Below, piece after piece: positions 18,510-27,587 of a DNA stretch of 64,000 nt (the first letter of the stretch is position 1; every line of letters begins with the position of its first letter). The stretch is from Candidatus Saccharicenans sp. Lineage in GTDB: Bacteria; Acidobacteriota; Aminicenantia; Aminicenantales; Saccharicenantaceae. The position numbers were made by a program, and so were the translations under genes. The DNA is taken from positions 816 to 64,815 of the forward strand of contig JBNARJ010000011.1 of assembly GCA_049719515.1 (NCBI GenBank), in the 5' to 3' direction. The notes under the pieces were generated by a model, which saw only the letters and a program-made list of their open reading frames with translations, was not told the origin of the DNA and searched no databases.

Positions 18510-20249
18510 TCAGCGCACCACCAGGTTAAAGCCAGTTCCTACTTCACCGACTTTTTTCCCGCTGGTATCAATCAGATGCACCGCACAGGCCAGGCAGGGG
18601 TCGAAAGAGTGTATTGTCCGCAAAATTTCCAGCGGCTGTGCCGGGTCAGCCAGTTTAGTTCCCACGAGTGAAGCTTCATAGGCCCCGGGCTGATTCTTAT
18701 GGTCGCGGGGCGAAGCATTCCAGGTGGTTGGCACCACTACCTGGTAGTTTTTAATTTTTTTGTTCTCTATCACCACCCAGTGTCCCAGGGCGCCGCGGGG
18801 CGCTTCGGTGTAGCCGAAGCCCATGGCTTTTTTGGGCCAGGTTCGCGGTTCCCATTTTTCAGCATTGAAGGTGTCGGTGCGGCCGGCTTTTATTTCAGCC
18901 ACCAGTTCATCGAAAAATTTCTGCAGCAGGTCAACGATGACCTTGGTTTCGATGGCTCTGGCGGCCGTTCTGCCGAGGGTAGAAAATACAGCACTTACCG
19001 GGGCTTTGAGCTTTTCCAGCACCAGGTTTACCAGTTCGACGGTTTGTTTGTTGCCCGTGGCATAAAGAATCAGCACTCTGGCCAGCGGCCCGACTTCCAT
19101 CGGCAGCTCGTTCCAGCGGGGAGACTTCAGCCAGGAGTATTTACCCTCAACGTTGAGATACTCATAGGGCGGTCTGGGCCCGGTGTAATTGAAAACAGTC
19201 TCACCTTCCCAGGGGAACAGTCCCTCTCCGTCGCCCCTGCTGTACTTATACCAGCTATGGGTAACAAATTCTTTCATTTTCTGAGCATCTCTCGGGTCGG
19301 GAACAATCACATTCTTCAGGTCGCGGTTGATGATAACGCCGCTGGGGAAAATCAACCTGTCAATTTCGTTGAGCTGTCCTTCCGGAAATTCGCCCCAGGC
19401 CAGGAAGTTGCCCAGGCCTTCCCCGATTCCGGCATATTCCAGGTAAAAAGGTGCGATGGCCAGGAGGTCGGGCAGGTAAACCTGCTCCACAAAATCTTTC
19501 ATCCGTTTGATAGAATCGGCAATGACCGCCAGTTTTTCAGCATTTAGGGCCTGGTCGCTGTTCATATCAATGGGCAGCGGCACACCGCCAACCACGAAAT
19601 TGGGGTGCGGGTTTTTCCCGCCAAAGATGGTATGAATTTTCGTTACCTGCGACTGCCAGTCCAGGCACTCCAGGTAATGGGCCACACCCAGCAGGTTTAT
19701 TTCTGGCGGCAGCTTGTAAGCCGGATGTCCCCAGTAGCCGTTGCTGAAGAGTGAAAGCTGCCCGCTGTCCACTATGGCTTTTACCTTTTTTTGCACCTCG
19801 GCAAAATAGCCGGGTGAAGAGTTGGGCCAGGCGGAAAGACTCTGCTGTATTTCTGAAGTCTTTTTCGGGTCAGCCTTCAGGGCGCTGACCACATCGACAA
19901 AATCCAGCGCGTGCAGGATGTAAAAATGCATCACGTGGTCATGGATGAATTGCTGGGCGATAATCATGTTGCGCATCAGGTTGGCGGCTTTCGGGATGTT
20001 TATACCGAGTGCGTCTTCCACCGCCCTGATGGAAGCGATGGCGTGAACCGTGGTGCATACCCCGCAGATTCTCTGGGCAAAAGCCCAGGCATCACGCGGG
20101 TCGCGCTTTTTGAGAATATTCTCTATGCCCCTGACCATCGTCCCGGCGGAATAGGCTTCCGTGATGGTGTTGTTGCCATCCAGGGCGGCTTCAATTCTTA
20201 AATGTCCTTCGATTCGGGTTATCGGGTCTATAACTATTCTGTTAGCCAT
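18510..20249 (-). CDS. hynL: [NiFe]-hydrogenase large subunit (group 1, Isp-type context)
   Basis: An N-terminal RIEGHLRIE motif, CGVCTTVH, a C-terminal DPCLACAVH Ni-binding motif, then a roughly 20 aa extension (the HybD substrate). Start reassigned to MANRIVID at 20249, which has a GGAGGGGAAA SD. The track ORF begins 32 codons earlier. Confidence 0.9.
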   Translation of the reverse strand: MANRIVIDPITRIEGHLRIEAALDGNNTITEAYSAGTMVRGIENILKKRDPRDAWAFAQRICGVCTTVHAIASIRAVEDALGINIPKAANLMRNMIIAQQFIHDHVMHFYILHALDFVDVVSALKADPKKTSEIQQSLSAWPNSSPGYFAEVQKKVKAIVDSGQLSLFSNGYWGHPAYKLPPEINLLGVAHYLECLDWQSQVTKIHTIFGGKNPHPNFVVGGVPLPIDMNSDQALNAEKLAVIADSIKRMKDFVEQVYLPDLLAIAPFYLEYAGIGEGLGNFLAWGEFPEGQLNEIDRLIFPSGVIINRDLKNVIVPDPRDAQKMKEFVTHSWYKYSRGDGEGLFPWEGETVFNYTGPRPPYEYLNVEGKYSWLKSPRWNELPMEVGPLARVLILYATGNKQTVELVNLVLEKLKAPVSAVFSTLGRTAARAIETKVIVDLLQKFFDELVAEIKAGRTDTFNAEKWEPRTWPKKAMGFGYTEAPRGALGHWVVIENKKIKNYQVVVPTTWNASPRDHKNQPGAYEASLVGTKLADPAQPLEILRTIHSFDPCLACAVHLIDTSGKKVGEVGTGFNLVVR

Positions 20250-20265
20250 TTTTCCCCTCCTTTCC

Positions 20266-20586
20266 TCATTGATTGCGAAGCCATTCCAGGGCTTCTTGTT
20301 CGGTTTTGAACCAGCGCACTTCGTTGGCATAATAGCTGCGGTCAATCTCCAGGATTTTGGGGTCGATTTCGGCTCCGATGATGGCGGCTGTGGGCATGAT
20401 CGGCCTCATATGCTTGATATGCCGCAGGCACTCGGAAGGGTCGCTGCCGCTGAGGTCAATCAGCAGCTTGCCGTGGTATTCCCTGAAGAAAACTGTCAGA
20501 GCCTGAATATCTTCCGGAGTAAAAGTTCCCGTATGCCGGCACCTAAGAATACCTTTTTCTACCGGTGTTAAATTAAAGGAAGCCAT
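20266..20586 (-). CDS. Hypothetical 106 aa protein inserted between isp2 and hynL
   Basis: Tightly packed in the operon, with 16 bp to hynL and 15 bp from isp2. No Cys-rich or other recognisable motif. Confidence 0.5.
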   Translation of the reverse strand: MASFNLTPVEKGILRCRHTGTFTPEDIQALTVFFREYHGKLLIDLSGSDPSECLRHIKHMRPIMPTAAIIGAEIDPKILEIDRSYYANEVRWFKTEQEALEWLRNQ

Positions 20587-20601
20587 TTTGCCCTCCTTTC
20601 C

Positions 20602-21858
20602 TTAAACCAGAGCCTTGGAGACCAGTTCGGCCAGACCGTAGACTTTCACCTGGGAGTTAAAGTGAGCCAGGCTGTCCACGAATTGCAGGCGGCAGTTGCT
20701 GCAAACCATGCACACCGCCTCGGCCCGGATGTCCCGGAGCTGCTCCAGCTTCATCTTAAACACGGCATAGCGGTTGGCGTCTGCTTCCTTGATGGAAATT
20801 ACTCCGCCACCCCCGCCGCAGCACATCGACTGTTCTTTGTTTGGAGTCATCTCCCTGAAGCTCCTGGGAGCCAGCACCCGGAGCAGCTCTCGCGGTTGCC
20901 TGATGATTCCACCGCGGCGCTGGATTTTGCAGGAATCGTGGAAGGTGATGGTCTGGCCGTCAAAAGCCCCTTCTTTAATCTTAATTCGACCGGATTTCCA
21001 GAGCTCGTGGATGTATTCGCTGATATGCAGGATGTCCACTCCTTTGGGAACCTTCATGATATTCGGTGCGGTCCAGCGAAAAGCATCGTAGGCATGCCCG
21101 CATTCGCTGATGATAATCTTTTTCACCCCGAGTTCTTCCGCCGCTTTGAATACCCGGTACATAAATAGCTTGGTCAGTTCTTCGTCGGCTTCGAAGTAAC
21201 CAAAATTAACCACCTCACGCCCGGTAGAGCTGACCGTCCAGTTTTCGCCTGCTTTGTTTAAAATTTTGGCGATATGGGCCAGGTTGTCTGGGAATTTCAT
21301 CAGTTCAATGGAGGTGAAAACCATGAGCGTTTCCGCTCCGGCCCTGTCCACCGGAATGTCTACTTCCCATTCATCAGTTATCCAGTCAATCCGTTCGCGC
21401 CACATCTCATCGGTTACGCCGAGCGGGCTGCCGATGGTTTTCTGCTTTTCGGTGGCTTCGGCCAGGTCGCCGGGCACCACTCCGGCGGCGGCCATTCCGG
21501 CTCTAACCTCATGAATCAGCGGGCCGAGCTGGATACCCATCGGGCAGACATGAGCGCACTTGTTGCAGACGGTGCAGGCCTCGTAAACAATTTTGCTCCA
21601 GTGTTCCAGGTCTTTATCGGTGATTTTTTTCTCCAGACCCAGCGCCAGCTTCAGTTTTCCGGCCAGGGTGAAGCGCTGTTCGTAGGCCCGGCGCAGCGGT
21701 TCGAGCTTCCAGATTGGAGCGTACTCAGGATTGCCCAAAGCCTGGTAAAAGTGGCAGGCCTCGGCACAGATACCGCACCTGGTGCAGGCTTCCAGCTGGC
21801 CGGCCACCCAGCCGCCCGTTTCTTTCAGGTAAGTGTTTATGGCAGATTGAGTTTTCAT
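20602..21858 (-). CDS. isp2: HdrD/DsrK-like Fe-S protein (Isp2): two 4Fe-4S ferredoxin motifs plus CCG cysteine-rich domains
   Basis: CTRCGICAEAC and CTVCNKCAHVCP are 4Fe-4S motifs. C-terminal CCG-type motifs (MCCGGGGG...CMVCSNC, SECGHAYD...HDSCK). 418 aa and no signal peptide, so predicted cytoplasmic. Confidence 0.8.
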   Translation of the reverse strand: MKTQSAINTYLKETGGWVAGQLEACTRCGICAEACHFYQALGNPEYAPIWKLEPLRRAYEQRFTLAGKLKLALGLEKKITDKDLEHWSKIVYEACTVCNKCAHVCPMGIQLGPLIHEVRAGMAAAGVVPGDLAEATEKQKTIGSPLGVTDEMWRERIDWITDEWEVDIPVDRAGAETLMVFTSIELMKFPDNLAHIAKILNKAGENWTVSSTGREVVNFGYFEADEELTKLFMYRVFKAAEELGVKKIIISECGHAYDAFRWTAPNIMKVPKGVDILHISEYIHELWKSGRIKIKEGAFDGQTITFHDSCKIQRRGGIIRQPRELLRVLAPRSFREMTPNKEQSMCCGGGGGVISIKEADANRYAVFKMKLEQLRDIRAEAVCMVCSNCRLQFVDSLAHFNSQVKVYGLAELVSKALV

Positions 21859-21872
21859 TTTACGCCTCCTTT

Positions 21873-22550
21873 TCAGGGCATAACTGCCCGTTTCCCGGCC
21901 TGGGCTCCGTGGATCGTCTTGGAGAAGAAGTAGAACAGGAAGTGGGAAATGCGACTGAGCGGAATCCAGATTAAGAGCAGGCTGACTGAAATCAGGTGCA
22001 GGCTGAAAATAACTTCATAGCGGAACCAGAGATGGCGGGCCATGATGAAACCGGTAATCATCGGCAGGAAAACCATAAGCCAGTTAATCCAGACCGGCAG
22101 CCTGGTTAAGAGCTTTAGCACCGGGTGAGTCAGCCGGTTAATAAGGAGAACAATCATCGAAATAATCCCGACTGAGGAGAAGAAAGCCAGCACTGGCGTT
22201 GGTAATGATTTCCAGCCAAAACCGCACAGGCTTTTCCAGACGAGCACATGAGCCGTGCCAAAAGCCAGAATCAGGAACAGACTCAGGTGGAACAGCCCTC
22301 CGGCGATAAAAGTCAGCTCGTTGTTGCGGAAGGTGCGGCGCACCCAGGGGATGAAAGGCAGCACAATGAGGCCCTTCAGGTAATTCAGAATAACCCCCCA
22401 TAGCTTGCTTCCCTTATTTTTTGCCCGGTCTCGCTCCCAGCCCAGCAGGACAACCCGAACCAGCCGGTAGGTCATCCCCATGATGAAAATCATCATTGAC
22501 ACATGGAGGAGAGGACCGCGACTGAAATTCATTATTTCTGTCCAGTTCAT
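21873..22550 (-). CDS. isp1: NarI/HdrE/DsrM-like di-heme b-type cytochrome membrane subunit (Isp1)
   Basis: 225 aa with 5 predicted TM helices and conserved His in TM segments. The size and topology match the nitrate-reductase-gamma fold. It sits between the small subunit gene and isp2. Confidence 0.7.
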   Translation of the reverse strand: MNWTEIMNFSRGPLLHVSMMIFIMGMTYRLVRVVLLGWERDRAKNKGSKLWGVILNYLKGLIVLPFIPWVRRTFRNNELTFIAGGLFHLSLFLILAFGTAHVLVWKSLCGFGWKSLPTPVLAFFSSVGIISMIVLLINRLTHPVLKLLTRLPVWINWLMVFLPMITGFIMARHLWFRYEVIFSLHLISVSLLLIWIPLSRISHFLFYFFSKTIHGAQAGKRAVMP

Positions 22551-22551
22551 C

Positions 22552-23706
22552 TCAGCCCTCCTTCTTGCTTTCGTCTTGAGCGTCCCCGGCCGTTTTGGGC
22601 GTGGTGGCCGTATGATTTTTTTTAGCCCTTTTTTTCTTGACGGCGTTTATCCCGGCCAGAGCGGCGCCCACGGCCACACCGGCTCCAACCAGGGTGGCGG
22701 TTGAACCCTTATCCAGAATGATGGTCGGCGCCGATTGCCCCTGGTAAAAACCGCCCCCATCCCAGAAGTGCGGCTGGGAACAGCCCAGGCAGGGATGGCC
22801 TGACTGCACCGGATAAGACAAGCCGCGTTCCCACTTCAGAGCAGCGCACGCGTTGTAAGTGGTCGGTCCCTTGCAGCCAAGCTTGTAGAGGCAGTAGCCC
22901 TTTTTTGCCCCTTCATCATCGAAACTTTCCGCGAATTTACCGGCCTCATAAAACGGACGGCGCAGGCAGTGGTCGTGCACGGTGTTACCGTAGAACGGGA
23001 GTGGCCTTTTAAGCTCGTCGGTCTTCGGCAGTTCGCCCATGACGAGGAAATGAAGGATTGTTCCGGTGGTGACTTCGGGAATGGCCGGACAGCCGGGAAT
23101 GTTGACCACCGGCTTGTCCTTGATAAGCTCGGCCACCCCCACAGCCTTGGTGGGGTTAGGATAAGCAGCCGGTATCCCGCCAAAGCTGGCGCAATTTCCG
23201 GTGGCAATAACCGCTGCGGCCCCGGCGGCGGCTTCTTTAAGCAGGTCCAGGTTGCTCTTGCCGGCCACCGTGCAGTAGATGCCGTCATCGGCCAGAGTGG
23301 GGCTGCCCTCGATTACCAGGACATACTGGCCGTGATACTTTTTCATACATTCTTCTTTGGCTTTTTCAGCCTGAAATCCCGCCGCAGCCATCAGAGTTTC
23401 GTGGTATTCGATGGCAATGTCGTCCAGGACGAGCTTGCTCAACAGGGGAGAACTGGAACGGGAGATGGCTTCGCTGCAACCGGCACAATCCTGAAATTCA
23501 AGCCAGATAATCGGGAGTTTCGGCTTGGTGGTCAGGGCTTGAGCCACCACTTCGGCCGGTGTCGGATGAACCGTTTTGCCCAGGGCCTTTAACGGCGGGG
23601 CGGCCTCGAGGCCCATCATCGCGGCGATGGTGCCGCAGAGTTTCATGAAGTCCCGCCGGGAGAGCCCCTTTTCCCTCAGATGCTCATAAATCGTTTTTTC
23701 CTTCAT
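22552..23706 (-). CDS. hynS: [NiFe]-hydrogenase small subunit, Tat-exported, C-terminal membrane anchor
   Basis: Twin-arginine signal SRRDFMKLCG. Fe-S cluster ligands (CAGCSEA, GNCASFGGI, IPGCPA, HDHCLRR, LYKLGCKGP). A C-terminal hydrophobic helix followed by a basic tail. SD AAGGAGGG upstream. Confidence 0.9.
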   Translation of the reverse strand: MKEKTIYEHLREKGLSRRDFMKLCGTIAAMMGLEAAPPLKALGKTVHPTPAEVVAQALTTKPKLPIIWLEFQDCAGCSEAISRSSSPLLSKLVLDDIAIEYHETLMAAAGFQAEKAKEECMKKYHGQYVLVIEGSPTLADDGIYCTVAGKSNLDLLKEAAAGAAAVIATGNCASFGGIPAAYPNPTKAVGVAELIKDKPVVNIPGCPAIPEVTTGTILHFLVMGELPKTDELKRPLPFYGNTVHDHCLRRPFYEAGKFAESFDDEGAKKGYCLYKLGCKGPTTYNACAALKWERGLSYPVQSGHPCLGCSQPHFWDGGGFYQGQSAPTIILDKGSTATLVGAGVAVGAALAGINAVKKKRAKKNHTATTPKTAGDAQDESKKEG

Positions 23707-23801
23707 TTGCCCTCCTTGGCGAAGGAATTAAATTAATTTCGATTTACAAACTTTTTATTATGTATAGGGAATTAAGCGCGCCCATTTCTTTTGAAAAAAT
23801 A

Positions 23802-24248
23802 TCAGCCGCAGGAAATTCCGGCCGCTTCCAGCTTCTTTTCGTATTCAGCCAGGCCTTCAGCCCCTGTCAGAAGGGCTGATTTTTCTTCTTCCCATTTGGT
23901 GGCTTCCATCTCCACCACCCAGCCTTCGCCGTAGGGGTCAGTTATGACCAGGTTGGGGTCGGCTGTCAGCCTGTCATTTCCGGCCTTGACGATTCCGGTA
24001 ATGGGTGCCGGAACCGGGCCAACGTACTTGCTGCTTTCCAGGGTGGCCACGCTTTTTCCCTGCTGGACTTCCGTGCCGATGTTCTTGGCTCTGATGGTAA
24101 CGGCGTTCAGTTTTCCGCCGGCCAGCTTGCCGGCAATGGGAGTTAATCCTACCCGGAAAAGATTACCACCCAGGGGTTTGAGCCACAGGTGTTTTTCCGG
24201 GTAATAGTAAAGGTCTTCAGGCAGGTTGCATCCCCTAATTATAGCCAT
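23802..24248 (-). CDS. GcvH-like lipoyl-carrier protein (LbpA-like; not linked to gcvT/P)
   Basis: 148 aa. A glycine-cleavage H-protein fold motif with the lipoyl-Lys context TLESSKYVGPV (compare ESVKA). No other glycine-cleavage genes are nearby. Confidence 0.75.
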   Translation of the reverse strand: MAIIRGCNLPEDLYYYPEKHLWLKPLGGNLFRVGLTPIAGKLAGGKLNAVTIRAKNIGTEVQQGKSVATLESSKYVGPVPAPITGIVKAGNDRLTADPNLVITDPYGEGWVVEMEATKWEEEKSALLTGAEGLAEYEKKLEAAGISCG

Positions 24249-24285
24249 TTTTACCTCCTCTTACTTTTATTTAGAGACCGTATGT

Positions 24286-24654
24286 TCAGAATGTCAGGAC
24301 AGTCTTGCTTTCTTCGGCCATCTGCCACATGGAAGCCCCGCCCACCAGCCTGGCCTCGGGAATCAGGTCTTCCGGCTTCAGTCCGTGAAGCTCGAGTGAA
24401 GCGGTGCAGGCGGTCATTTTAACCCCCGCTTCCAGGGCTTCTCTCAGGAATTCGCCGACCGATTTGCCGCCTTCCTTGGGGAACACTGTATCGGCCACGC
24501 CTTTTTTTAGCAGGAGTGTCCCGTCAATGGTGAAAAACATGGTCACCTCATAGTCCATGGCTGTGGCCAGGGTGGCGAAGAAAAAGGGTGTGGCGCAGCG
24601 CCTGGGGGTATCAGGTCCGCTGGTCATGATGATTAAAATCTTGTCGTCGGCCAT
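24286..24654 (-). CDS. DsrE/DsrF-family sulfur-relay protein (small, DsrE2-like)
   Basis: 122 aa. DsrE-like fold pattern (ILIIMTSGP...), a conserved Cys in MTACTAS, and a C-terminal ...VLTF. Confidence 0.65.
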   Translation of the reverse strand: MADDKILIIMTSGPDTPRRCATPFFFATLATAMDYEVTMFFTIDGTLLLKKGVADTVFPKEGGKSVGEFLREALEAGVKMTACTASLELHGLKPEDLIPEARLVGGASMWQMAEESKTVLTF

Positions 24655-24664
24655 TTCTTCCTCC

Positions 24665-25141
24665 TTAAAAAGTCAGGGTGATGGCGTTCTGGCTGGCAAA
24701 CTCTAAGAAAGTGGCCGCCCCGCCGATTTCAACCCCGTCTATCAGGTCTTCCTTCTTGATACCCATAACATCCATGCTCATCTGGCAGGCAATAAGGCGG
24801 ACACCCATTTCCTTGGCCGTTTCCAGCAGCTCGCTGAGCTTCGGGACCTTGGCTTTTTTCATCCAGGAGTTCATCATCATGGTGGCCGCCGGGGTCATTC
24901 CGGGCAGCATGGCCAGGATGCTGGGCATTTTTACCGGCATGGCCGGATTGGCCAGGGGAGAGACTTTTAGCCTGTCGATTTTTCCCTTTTTCAGAATCTC
25001 AAGGCCGTAGAAGGTGAAAAAGATGGCCGCCTCCATGTCCATGGCCACGGCCGCGGTGGCCAGGATAAACGGCGGGTAGGCCAGGTCAAGCGAGCCGTGA
25101 AGGGCGATTATAGCTAATCTTTTAGCTGTCTGTTCGGGCAT
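24665..25141 (-). CDS. DsrE/DsrF-family sulfur-relay protein (larger, DsrE3-like)
   Basis: 158 aa. LAIIALHGSLD..., a conserved Cys in LIACQMS, and a C-terminal ...TLTF. GGAGG SD upstream. Confidence 0.65.
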   Translation of the reverse strand: MPEQTAKRLAIIALHGSLDLAYPPFILATAAVAMDMEAAIFFTFYGLEILKKGKIDRLKVSPLANPAMPVKMPSILAMLPGMTPAATMMMNSWMKKAKVPKLSELLETAKEMGVRLIACQMSMDVMGIKKEDLIDGVEIGGAATFLEFASQNAITLTF

Positions 25142-25160
25142 GATTTATCCTCCTTGCAGA

Positions 25161-25400
25161 TTATTTTGCTTTTCGTATGTAAAAAATGTACCTGTCACCG
25201 TCCTGCTCATGTTTCAGCAGCTCGTGACCGGTCTTGCTGACCCAGGCCTGGACATCGCTGACCGAGCCGGGGTCGGTGGCAATCATCTTCAGTATCTGTC
25301 CGACCTGCATCCCGTCGATGGCTTTTTTGGTCTTGATGATGGGCATGGGGCAGGACAGACCGCTGTTGTCTAAGGTTACATCAGGGATAAATTCTGACAT
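25161..25400 (-). CDS. tusA: TusA-family sulfurtransferase
   Basis: LDNSGLSCPMPIIKTKKAI contains the diagnostic CPxP motif. Start placed at MSEF (25400), which has an AAGGAGG SD. The track ORF opens at an upstream TTG (25406). Confidence 0.85.
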   Translation of the reverse strand: MSEFIPDVTLDNSGLSCPMPIIKTKKAIDGMQVGQILKMIATDPGSVSDVQAWVSKTGHELLKHEQDGDRYIFYIRKAK

Positions 25401-26166
25401 AGGCAACCTCCTTAATTTTTTTTATTTTTGGTTTGGCAAGAAATATTTATGGCCTGTCCAAATTTTTGTTTGGCCGGCCGAAGCGTCTTTAAGTTGACTT
25501 TTGATTTTTCAGGCTCAAAAGGAATTCGCCGTAAAAAGCAGTTCGGCGGGAAAAATGATGGAGTCTGTCCTGGTTTTCCCTGCCGGTTACCTGAAATGTA
25601 TTCGGGCGGATATGAAGTTGCGTATGAATTTAATGAAGAATTAGAGGAAGCGAAAGATTCAAAAGATGAATACAGAATAAAACGTTGGTGGACAGGTGAT
25701 TTAATCCGGTCAGAGCCTGTCGGCTGACTCCAAGCTTCTGAAATGAAAGCCTTTTCCCTCAGCCGTCCGCTCATGGCTTAATTATCCTATAATTCTTATA
25801 AGAATACAAGGAATTTTTTTATCTTTTTTCTGAACGAAAAGAATAGCCGCCGGACAGCCGATTTTCTTTCATCCCGATGTTAGCGCACCCTTTAATAACA
25901 GGTTAATTTTTAAGAAGCGAAATGTCAAGAAATAGATTTTTCAAGTGATTGGCAAAAGCCCCGGTTGAGGTTCTGGAGACAGGTTTTATTCAGATCAAGT
26001 CGGGTAAATTGGAGTTCAGACCCAAGAGAAGAAGTCGGAGGTCAAATTCCGCGTGGTTCAAAATGAAAGTGGTCTTTATCTTATAATCGAAGTTAAGAAG
26101 AGACAGGAATTAAAATCCGCAAATCATTTTTAATCAATAGGTTAATAAAATTAGTTGAAATTCATC

Positions 26167-26178
26167 TGCAAATTTGCA
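26167..26178 (+). promoter_or_regulatory. Perfect 12-bp palindrome TGCAAATTTGCA, candidate operator 40 bp upstream of the FadL-like gene
   Basis: Self-complementary. Located between the likely promoter region and the RBS. Confidence 0.3.
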
Positions 26179-26220
26179 TAATAGGGGAATCAGCTTTTAC
26201 TTATTCAAAGGAGGTTAAAA

Positions 26221-27564
26221 ATGAAGAAAACGGTATGGCTGTTAGTGCTCGTGCTGGCTCTGGCTTTGAGTGCTTCAGCCGGAGGAATCCTGACCAATAG
26301 TAACCAGAGTGCCGCTTATGTCAGACTTCTGGCCCGCCTTGCCTCCCTTGACGTTGATGCTGTCTATTACAACCCGGCTGGGCTGGTCAAATTGTCTGAC
26401 GGCTTCTACCTGTCTTTGTCCAATCAGTACATCAGTCAGGATAAAACCATCATCAACGGTTTTCCTCTGTTGAATTCCTCGGAATATGTGGGAGAGGTCA
26501 GGGTTCCTGTTTTCCCGGATTTGTATGCGGTTTACAAGAAAGGCAAAATGGCTTTTTCCTTTGGTTTTGGTCCGAATGCCGGTGGCGGTTCAGCCGATTT
26601 TAAAAAAGGGCTGCCCTCGTTTGAGATTCCATTTTCCACCCTGCCCATGCTTATCACCGACATGGACATCCCAACCACGGCCTACCAGCTTGATATGGCC
26701 TTTAAAGGAACGTCTGTTTTCTTCGGTTATCAGCTGAACTTTTCTTACGCCATAAGCGATGTTCTGTCGTTTGGCCTGGGCGGACGGCTTATCCAGGCCA
26801 AGAATGATTATGAAGGCCACATCAGCGATATCATGATCAATCCCCAGCACCCGCTTCTGAACCCGAGCGGCGGATTCATCAGTGCTTATGATTTTTTTAT
26901 GGCCGTCGGTCAGCCAGCTTATGCCGCTCTGGTGGCTGACAAAGAGGTGAAAGTAAAGCAGACCGGTTCTGGTTTTACTCCCATCCTCAGTCTGAACTAT
27001 ATGCCGAGCGAGGCCCTGGTGTTGAGCCTGCGCTATGAGTTCAAAACGAAGCTCGAACTTAAGAATAAAACTACGGTTGACGATACCGGTCTGTTCCCGG
27101 ACGGTTATACTTTCCGCAACGACCTTCCGGCCATACTGGCCGCCGGGCTGAGGTATTCTATTTTCCCGCAGATGCGGGCTCATTTCTCCTTCAGTTACTT
27201 TTTTGATAAGAACGCCAACTGGGAAGGCAGGGAAGAACTGGTCAACAGCAATTCATACGAAATGGCTCTGGGGCTCGAGTATGACCTGAGCAAAACCATT
27301 ACGGCCAGTGCCGGTTACCAGAAAACCAGCTACAGCCTGAGCGATGGCTTTCAGACTGACCTTGACCACGAACTCAGCTGCGACACAATCGGCGGTGGCT
27401 TCCGGTTCAAAGTTAACGACCGGCTTAATTTTGACCTCGGTGCTCTTTATGTTTTTTATAAAAAATACAACAAAACTGATCATTACGGTGATTTATTCAG
27501 CTATCCGGTAACCTTCAAGAGAACCACGTTTGACCTGTCGCTGGGGATAAATTACAGATTCTAA
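26221..27564 (+). CDS. FadL/OmpP1/TodX-family outer-membrane transport protein
   Basis: A signal peptide (MKKTVWLLVLVLALALSASA), amphipathic beta-strand periodicity, and a C-terminal ...GINYRF with terminal Phe. AAGGAGG RBS at 26208. Confidence 0.65.
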   Translation: MKKTVWLLVLVLALALSASAGGILTNSNQSAAYVRLLARLASLDVDAVYYNPAGLVKLSDGFYLSLSNQYISQDKTIINGFPLLNSSEYVGEVRVPVFPDLYAVYKKGKMAFSFGFGPNAGGGSADFKKGLPSFEIPFSTLPMLITDMDIPTTAYQLDMAFKGTSVFFGYQLNFSYAISDVLSFGLGGRLIQAKNDYEGHISDIMINPQHPLLNPSGGFISAYDFFMAVGQPAYAALVADKEVKVKQTGSGFTPILSLNYMPSEALVLSLRYEFKTKLELKNKTTVDDTGLFPDGYTFRNDLPAILAAGLRYSIFPQMRAHFSFSYFFDKNANWEGREELVNSNSYEMALGLEYDLSKTITASAGYQKTSYSLSDGFQTDLDHELSCDTIGGGFRFKVNDRLNFDLGALYVFYKKYNKTDHYGDLFSYPVTFKRTTFDLSLGINYRF

Positions 27565-27587
27565 CCCGGCGATATCATGGAAAATCA

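Noticed and set aside
18699-19547. 282-aa + strand ORF
   Set aside because: Antisense shadow of the [NiFe] hydrogenase large subunit gene. Gly/Ala/Phe-rich composition is typical of reverse-frame translation of GC-rich coding DNA.
22836-23592. 150-aa (-) and 207-aa (+) ORFs overlapping hynS
   Set aside because: Alternative frame and antisense of the hydrogenase small subunit, whose Fe-S ligand motifs and Tat signal are clear.
25412-25774. 120-aa (-) and 99-aa (+) ORFs in the tusA / fadL divergent spacer
   Set aside because: No RBS or motifs. They overlap each other and the region is better explained as regulatory non-coding DNA.
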